DNA of 64,000 nucleotides, from the NCBI GenBank assembly GCA_951406725.2, contig OX597832.1, forward strand, positions 11,284,001-11,348,000, written 5' to 3'. Below are positions 54,871 through 64,000 of this stretch, piece after piece (the first letter of the stretch is position 1; each line of letters starts with the position of its first letter). The notes under the pieces were generated by a model, which saw only the letters and a list, made by a program, of their open reading frames with translations, made no database searches and was not told where the DNA came from. This stretch comes from Octopus vulgaris (lineage: Eukaryota). A program made the translations under genes and the position numbers.

Positions 54871-55758
54871 ATCCTACGTCACTAGATGTAATTTTGTCTG
54901 ATTGTTTCAAATACGCTCGCAAACACATACACACACATACAACCAAAAGTACATGCACACACACACAGCGATAGTGATCTTGAATGGACTTTGTACAATG
55001 GAATTTTTACTCCACATCGCCAAAGGTGGAAATCATGGTGTCATAGCTTTATTGGCAGTGCGCTGAAACTGGCCAAAACTTTTAGTTCATAACCTATTGT
55101 GATATATCGAATCAAGATTTAACAGCTCAGGTACTTACATACATAGGCATTGCATGAACATCGTAATTTTATTAGAGAGCAACTACAAAATACATCTATG
55201 CATGAAAAGGTCACCACGAATGATGAATTATTTCTAATTATATTCCGAAATCATATTAGATTTTTATTTCATATTAAGAAAATTGCGTAATTTAGAATGA
55301 TATTCAGCTTTAAATGCAAGCTTTATTACGGTAAATATCTGATATATTCTCAGAATCAAAGAAAATTAATATAACTTATATTTGTCTGCTAACACAGCGA
55401 TTTGATTTCAAATTTTCCGTGTTTGGGAAGTCTTTTCAATAATAACTTTATTGCCATGAGAACATTGTGTTTAATATACGAAAGAAAAGGGTGAGAGAGA
55501 CTGCGTATGAAAATCCAGAGTTCCCAAAATTAGTGTGGCCTATGCATCCTAAAAGTGAGATAGGATTATTATTTGTGTATGACTTTTGTTTTTAGATTAT
55601 TTATTTAACATTTTTTTTTTCAATGACTTTCAAAGGTGAAATACAATTCAATATTTGTCTTTAGAGAGAAGTCAAGAAGTTGCGGCCGTTTCCGTTCAAG
55701 TCGATGATTATAAGCACAACTCCTCCTACATTAACGCATACTCTTGCTCAAACACTGC

Positions 55759-55759
<1 letters not shown>

Positions 55760-55800
<41 letters not shown>

Positions 55801-55861
55801 CGCATAAAGAGTGGGTTTATATGTGTGAATTTGTACGTATACATACATATACACGAGTGCG

Positions 55862-55901
<40 letters not shown>

Positions 55902-56209
55902 CATACATGCATATATACATATGTGTATACATGTATGTATATATATATATATATATATGTATATACATATATATATATATATATATACATACATATGTAT
56001 ATATATATATATGTATATATATATATGTCTGCGTGTGTATATATATATATATATATATGTGTGTATATATATATGTCTGCGTGTGTATATATATATATAT
56101 ATATGTGTGTGTATATATATATGTCTGTATATATATATGTATATGTGTGTGTGTATACATATGTCTGTGTGTATATATATATGTGTGTGTGTATATATAT
56201 ATGTCTGTG

Positions 56210-56244
<35 letters not shown>

Positions 56245-56290
56245 GTCTGTGTGTATATATATATATATGTATGTGTGTATATATATATAT

Positions 56291-56331
<41 letters not shown>

Positions 56332-56365
56332 GGGGGTGTATGTGTGTGTGTATATGTCAGTGTGT
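55760..56365. repeat. compound (CT)n/(AT)n/(GT)n microsatellite
   Basis: Direct reading; source of the 268-aa pseudo-ORF. Confidence 0.95.
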
Positions 56366-57524
56366 GGACAGAGAGACATATAGAAAGATCGTGGGTGGGA
56401 GAGAGGCGTGTGCATATATTTATGTAGATACATATATAAGAGGGAGAGCCAGAAAGACAGACAGACAGATTCAGAAGGGAGGGTGAGTGAATGAGCTAGC
56501 TTTGTATTCGTTCAAATAGATATTAAGTCATGCGGTCGGAATTTTTATTTGAATGTGAATATAAAATAATTTGATTAAAATGGTGATTAACTTTATGCTC
56601 CAGCAATAATATGCTCTTTAAAGAAATTATTGTGGTGAATGTCTACCTTGGTGTTACGGTGTCAAATAGAAATCGTATTTATAGACCCAAAAATAAACAC
56701 AAAGGCATTTCTCTGTTTCCATTACCATGAAGAGAGTTAGATAAATATAAGAGTCTATTTGTATAAAGGTGTGTGTTTAATTGAATTTGTGTGTATAACT
56801 TAACAATTAGTTTTGATGGGTTTTTCAATATATTCGTGTGTATATTTGCTCTTTTTGTTGCTTCTCTTTTTATTGTAGAGCTCAAATTATTTCTGTATAT
56901 ATACATACATGCACACACACATATATTTTTAATATGTATATACATACATATATGCGTATATATATATATATATACACACACATACATAAATATGTATATA
57001 TTTATATATATATATACATACATAAATATGAATATATTTTTATATACACATACATATACGTACATATATATATATAACATCATTAATTTTATTGCTTTAG
57101 AGACATTTAAACTTCTTTCAATTTATTTGTAATTTAATCAGAAGTGGAAGACCATTAGCATTCACTGAAAGACGGATGAAATTGATGTTGATACAGCCGG
57201 TAGCAGTCACATTATCTGCTGAAAATTCGTAGACATTGAACAAAACAACTAGGCTCAAATGCGCGTTGTAGACTTAACTGCGTTAAAAGACTGCAAAAGT
57301 AAACACGAAGTAGTTTAAATGTTAAATCGCGAGACTTGTTAATCATGCCGTATTTGTTGATTCAGGCAGTTTACTGATATTATGTTTTATAAACCTCAAA
57401 TGTTAGGCTGAACTCAGTATGATCTGAACACATGCCGCAAAAATTCAAAAGAAACAGCGCAAGGCAAACATTATAGGGAACCAAATATATTTGCTATGCT
57501 ACGTACACAGGAAAGTAATAGTAA

Positions 57525-58453
57525 CGCTGGCGCTGGGGGTAATTGGACTTCATCGTCCCTAGGGTTCAACTGGTTCTTATTTTATCGACACCGACAGGAT
57601 AAAAGGCAAAGTTGACCCCGGTGGCATTTGAACTCAGAACGTCGAAAGAATTACCTATTTCTATTTCTTTACTACCCACAAGGAGCTAAACACAGAGAGG
57701 ACAAACAAGGACAGACAAAAGGATAAATCGATTATATCGACCCCAGTGCGTAACTGTTACTTATTTAATCGACCCCGAAAGGATGAACGGCAAAGTCAAC
57801 CTCAGCGGAATTTGAACTCAGAACGTACCGGCAGACGAAATACCTATTTCTTTCCTACCCACAAGGGGCTAAACACAGAGGGGACAAATAAGGACAGACA
57901 AACGGATTAAGTCGATTACAACGGACCCCAGTGTGTAACTGGTACTTATTTAATCGACCCCGAAAGGATGAAAGGCAAAGTCGACCTCGGCGGAATTTGA
58001 ACTTAGAACGTAGCGGCAGAAAGAAATACCGCTAAGCATTCTAACAGGCGTTGTAACCATTTTGCCAGCTTACCACCTTAATAACATTAGTAATATCGTT
58101 TTCCAACTTTGGCAAAAGATCAGCGAGTTCGGGATTTGGAGTAAGTCGATTTCATCGACCCCAGTGTTCAACTGGTACTTATTTTACGACCCCGAAATAA
58201 TGAAAGACAATGTCGGTGTTGGCGGAAGTGGAAACTATTAGTAAAAATGTTTTTCAAATTTTAGCCCGAGTTCAAAGTTTTCGGGTGGAGGGAGCTAGTC
58301 GATGACAACGACCCAATGATTCAACTGATATTTATTTTATTAACCCTGAAAGGATGATGGCAAAGCGGAATTTGAAATCAAAGCGTGAAGAGGAACGAAA
58401 TGCCGCTAAGCATTTTGCTATGCATGCTAACGATTCTGATAGCTCTCCACCTT
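57525..58453 (-). mobile_element. head-to-tail cluster of about five SINE-D units, including two young ~188-bp tandem units
   Basis: ATCGACCCCGAAAGGATGAAAGGCAAAG-like core at ~57585, 57768, 57953, 58188 and 58342; young units at 57652-57840 and 57841-58028; heads at 58029-58079 and 58400-58453. Confidence 0.9.
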
Positions 58454-59900
58454 CAGTATTTATAATATTGCAAGGCATTTATATTGACGGACAATCGCTT
58501 TTTATATCTTAATTAAAATCTCAGTATTTTTTTCTTCTGAATATTCATATCTATGTAATCTTGATTTGAAGTAAAAAAAAAACTATAAAAAACGCATCTT
58601 TATAACATTCATTGATGCCCAACTCCATATAATATGGCATTCTATTCTGTGTCCAGATGCCAACGTATTTCGAAATAATTGCAACTGCTGAAATTACATT
58701 TAAATATTAGTTCATGTGCATGAAGTCGATTTGGATTATCCCCAAGCTAGTGGCATCCACCTCCAAGTTCTTCTGAGTACGTGGCGAAAAAAACATTCTA
58801 TTTCTATTTAAATTTGGTCCCTAGATATTGATATTGATATAACGATACGATAAATAAAACTTTACATTTGTTTCCCAAATCAAATGTAAAATAAATAATA
58901 TAAGCAAACAACGCCATCCATTTGCAGATGATAAAGATCAAGAGGCAATCATTCTTTAATATGTGGGAACAATGCGAGGCCAACATTTCTATTGCGAACC
59001 ACATTTTGAAACATTTTTGACTATCAAAGAATGGAACACCACATCAGATGAATCAATATTACTATATTTTCATTTTCTATTAATTATTATTTGTTAAATG
59101 TTCAAAATACTATGAGGCTTTATTAATGTTGCAGCTGTGAGGAAATAATTAATATTTGACTCTAGATCAAAATGTAGCAAATTGTGTTTCCTTTCCATTC
59201 TAATGTTGGAGCCATACATCGCTATGTTATAGAGCAATTTTTGTAATTGCCTTTAATACATTTTCCCCAAATTACTGAAACGTTAAGCAAAATAATAAAA
59301 TTGAATGATATCTAATGTTATTTCATTTTTCTACTATATTCAATTATATATATATTTTTTTAAAAATACTTGCAACACTTCATAACGGCTTTGTTCTATA
59401 GTATTTGGTAATATTTATAAAATCTCCTTGGCTGAATGTTACTCACTTTTATACTAATGTCAATAGTGTTAAAACTATTTGTATTATATCACTTTTGATC
59501 GTAAAATTCTGGATGGTAAAAGTTCATCTACTTTTGCAATGCTTTCATTAATTTTTATTTTAATGAACTGACAGCAGTTCTTGTAAACAACTTTTTTTTT
59601 CAATATTTTAATAATTTGGCACGAAATCAAGAAATACTCATAGTACGTTGGAAAATAGTACTTATATTGACTAAGGTCAATTTCTTGAAGTTAAATAAAA
59701 TCACTGTTCCTTTTCTAAAATAATTCATTAAACAATTCCTAGACGTATATTTTGAATGTAATGTAGGGGCATATTTTACTTTCAAATGGAGATAATTTTG
59801 CTTAAGTATTGGAAAATAATCGATACAAAATTAAGCCAAAATAAGCTTATATTAAAATATAGTCAATAGCTTCGTATGTTCTAAGATTAAGTTATAAACA

Positions 59901-60062
59901 GACGCAGGAGTGGCTGTGTGGTAAGCAGCTTGCTTACCAGCCACATGGTTTCGGTTTCATTCCCACTGCGTGGCACCTTGGGTAAGTGTCTTCTACTATA
60001 GCCTCGGGCCGACCAAAGCCTTGTGAGTGGATTTGGCAGACGGAAACTGAAACAAGCCCGTC

Positions 60063-60126
<64 letters not shown>

Positions 60127-60329
60127 TTAGGTTTGTGTGTCTGTGTTTGTTCCCCCAACCGATGCTGGTGTGTTTACATTCCCGTAACGTATTGATTCGG
60201 CAAAAGAGACAGATAGAATAAGTACTAAGCTTACAAAGAATAAGTCTTGGGGTCGATTTGCTCGACTAGAGGCGGTGCTCCAGCATGACCGCATTCAAAT
60301 GACTGAAACGAGTAAAAGAGTAAGAGTAA
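59901..60329 (+). mobile_element. SINE family A, full length
   Basis: Near-consensus copy with central (AT)n(GT)n. Confidence 0.93.
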
Positions 60330-60733
60330 CATACTTCAGTCAAACAGTTTCTCTAGTCACTGTTCGACAGAGGTTTCCGGTCGTGGAAATCGAATACCGA
60401 ATTATGTTTGATATCAGCCTACTGTCGTTGCAGTTGAATTTATGTAGCTCCAGTTATCTTGTATTTTTTATTTAACCATAAGTCAGCCGTAATGGCGCAA
60501 CATTATAATGAACCACATCCTTCCTTGTATTTCAGGTAGAATTGTTTGCTATTTCTAATATATCTATTGTAGTACAATTTATGGTTTATTCTGATATACC
60601 ATGTTCTAACATTCAACGTGACAATCTTCCATTCATTTTATCCCGTCATGTGTTATATCAGCTCCTCTAACTCCCAGAACTCATTATATTGTGTGACAAC
60701 CATTAAATTATTTCTTTGATATTGATAATAACT

Positions 60734-60880
60734 GCAGGCATGGTGACTTAAGTAAAGTAGTTCGCTTCGCAAACATGTGGTTAGAAATTAAATCCCACTG
60801 CGCGACACGCTGAGGAAGTGTCTTCTGCCACTGCCTCCAATAATGTGTGAGATTTCAAAGAGAGAAACCTATTTATATGT
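60734..60880 (+). mobile_element. SINE family A 5' fragment, old
   Basis: TCCCACTGCGCGACACGCTGAGGAAGTGTCTTCTGCCACTGCCTC. Confidence 0.65.
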
Positions 60881-60967
60881 GAACGGGGGTCTGTGTGCTC
60901 ATGCACTTAAATTTACTTATGCAAATGCACACATAGTCATACACAGACACAGACAAAAACAGACATG

Positions 60968-61190
60968 CACACACACACTAACATACACGCACGCACACAC
61001 ACACACACATATATATATATGCATATATATATACATATGTAGGCATTTATATACTGCTTATATATGTATATATAAATATATATTCATGTATTTATATATT
61101 AGTGTATATGTATGTGTACATATACATACATATTTATATGTATGTATATATGCATGTATATATGTATGTACATATATATATATATATATG

Positions 61191-61221
<31 letters not shown>

Positions 61222-61327
61222 TTGTTTGTATGTATATATATATGACTTTATTTACAGATGTGTATATATGTGTATATATTTATATAAATAGATATAAATA
61301 TATATAAATTCGATATTTATACATGTA

Positions 61328-61363
<36 letters not shown>

Positions 61364-61405
61364 ATTATATATATATATATATATATATCTATATATATAT
61401 ATATG

Positions 61406-61443
<38 letters not shown>

Positions 61444-61465
61444 ATATGAATGTGTGTGTATGTGT
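60968..61465. repeat. compound (AC)n/(AT)n/(GT)n/(CT)n microsatellite
   Basis: Direct reading. Confidence 0.9.
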
Positions 61466-63044
61466 TACTCTGTGATTCTATTTGAGTCACTGTGTCTATG
61501 TATATCTAGGATGAATGCTAGAACAGGATCTCTAAATCAAATATTTCTTTTTCTCATACTGTTTTTGTGCTTTTATGCCATTTTAAAAACAAAAAGTCTC
61601 CATTGCAAGGCCAATAATACGACTACCAGTACGGGTATCTTTCTATCCATTGCAAATAAGTAAAATAGTATTTTTCGTACATCTCTCATATGTTCCTTTG
61701 TTTTTGTTTTATATCTACTTAAAGGAAGGTTACTGGAAGGAAAAGGGTGTTGATTACTGACTAGACATAAGATTAAACATCTGTTAAATGTCAGAAGGAA
61801 TATCTTTCTTTTCTCGTCTTCTTTTGAATGGACAAGAGAACATGGATGTCATTGTTACATCTCGTCAAATACCTCGAATTAATTGGCACTAAGGATTTAT
61901 ACAGCTTTGACAGGAGATAATTTGATTTTGAAATGTGATTTAAAATGCGTGCCATTGTATCTTCTAATAATCGAAATTATCACAATTAGATTGGAAAAGA
62001 GTAACAGAATCTTGTGATGGAAGTTGTTATGCAATTAGCCATTGTATTAGATAATTAAAGAATGAAGATAATATATTTACAGAATATTCGTACTAGCTGG
62101 ATATTTGCATCTCCTTGGTAGTTCTTATTAGCTACCCATCACTTTACGTTCATCTGATACTATGAATGTGAATGTGTCATGCTTTGTTCGTTTATTCTTA
62201 CCGCAATTATTACACTGCCTGGGAACTATTTACCCACTAAAAATACTTGCCAAGCTTCTCACGAAGCATTCTTATTTTATTTCCTTAAAGAAAGGTTCAT
62301 TAGGTTATGTCGCCAGGAACAGCCCAAAATATGATATGGTCAGGTGGAACACTTTTATCATATTTCTGCTTAGTCATAAATATGCCCCACGTACCAATGA
62401 AAAAACATCTGGTCATTCACGCAGTTGAAAATAGCAGGAAATATACCTCAAAGCAAATGTTATTGCCCTTCAACTACACATTTGAATATTTAGTCCAAAA
62501 ACACAAAGGTGGTATAAACACAGCCAAACTACTTTTAAACGTAGATTCGATTGTTTAAAACAGTCTTAGGATTAAACAACAATAACGAAAACAATATAAA
62601 ACAGTTATGTTCAATGTCTCATTTTATTGATGCTAAGATTTATGCAAAGAGGTTAATAATTTTCGTTACTTGTGATATCTATATAATACCAAATACTTTA
62701 GCTATAATTGATATCATCCTCATCACTTGGAAACACAATTGTAGGGATTCTGTGCAATAAATTGAATCCACAAACTTGTAAGTGATTGCTAAGAAAAAAT
62801 TCAACACCCAAACGTAAGGAAACAATTTCTATAGAATCCATGTTAATATTTGAGCGTCTTGAAATTTAGTATTCTTTCTTATCAAAATGTGTTGATATAG
62901 CACTAATTTTTCTATCTTCTTTACAGTTTTTCTAATTGATCTTCAGTGCACCATGAATAGAAATATGTTTAGGTTTTCTGTTTTAAGACAACGGTCAAAT
63001 CTAGAATTTAATAGTGATTATTTCTGACACCTAGCACACTATCT

Positions 63045-63207
63045 GAATTGAAGGGAATTTTTTAATCGATATCATCAGTACTTTTACTCCATTGAACCTA
63101 AAAATAATGAAGTATAAATTCGATCTTGATGTGATTAGAACAGAGCACGTAAACAGTGGGCGAAATTACGGAGGTCACTTTGTTCGATAAGATGCTAATT
63201 CACCGCA
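63045..63207 (-). mobile_element. SINE family D, highly diverged
   Basis: TAATCGATATCATCAGTACT...GAACCTAAAAATAATGAAG...GCTAATTCACCGC. Confidence 0.45.
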
Positions 63208-63382
63208 ATTTAAAATGTAATTATAATGATAATGTTGATAATGTTTTTGATTGGTAACATAGGCGTAATGGCATGACCTTCAGGTCAGCTAATCTGAAAT
63301 AATTTATCTGATGATAAAGTAAATAGAAACGAGAAATATGAAATGCATATATGTCTCTGCCAGTTCACTATGAGCGTTTTCA

Positions 63383-63433
<51 letters not shown>

Positions 63434-63584
63434 CACATATATATTAAATTATATGTCTTTGTGCAGCTGAAGATTGCTCTACATTTTAAATTAATGTAAT
63501 GAAATGATTGCATTGTTCAATTAAATGGAGTCGCATGAAACGATCGTACTGCATTTCCTCTGGATATCCTTGTTGCTTATTGTG

Positions 63585-63626
<42 letters not shown>

Positions 63627-64000
63627 CAACATTCACGAAACTTTTTATTTACTACGTTTGGTTCAACAAATCATGCTCCAGTTCTCTGCAGTTGAGGTGG
63701 TGTACAAACTGTCGTGGTGTATTGTAGGTGCCTCTTCAGGTGACATTGCGAAAGATTCCTCTTTTTTTTATTTCTTTGTCTTTGTTTTTGCTGATTCGCT
63801 TATTTCTACGATAATACATTTTGGTAATTGTATCGTATTACGCATCTCCATAAGATCACCTGAATTCCATTTTCCCCCGCTCATATTTTTTATGAACTCT
63901 ACCAACACAAAAGAATTATTTAAGCAGGTCCAGTGGCTTACACCGCCAAACTGTTGTTGATATTGAATAGCTGAATACGGTAAACGGGCTTTCAAGATCA

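Noticed and set aside
55680-56486. 268-aa ORF, the longest in the window
   Set aside because: Microsatellite translation with no domain-like sequence
63658-64000. ORFs at the window end, vaguely like a Gypsy integrase tail
   Set aside because: Similarity too weak; truncated by the window edge

Overview
AT-rich, microsatellite-dense eukaryotic non-coding DNA. The repeat inventory resembles an octopod cephalopod (Octopus-like); this is inferred from recalled repeat consensus sequences, not from a search. I find no credible host protein-coding exon, and the long ORFs in the track are translations of (AT)n/(GT)n/trinucleotide repeats. The window holds four tRNA-derived SINE families (here A-D) in many copies, including chimeric and tandem ones. 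It also holds decayed LINEs (R4/Dong, CR1, RTE), Penelope-like remnants, a complete non-autonomous Helitron, a Tc1-superfamily transposase fragment with D36 spacing, and pogo- and mariner-type MITEs. Best leads: minimal hammerhead-ribozyme-like motifs in short inserted elements; a 3' tail shared between SINE-B and the RTE LINE; a (TAA)n-associated set of Dong LINE, SINE-D and a further element; and head/tail module swapping between SINE families.
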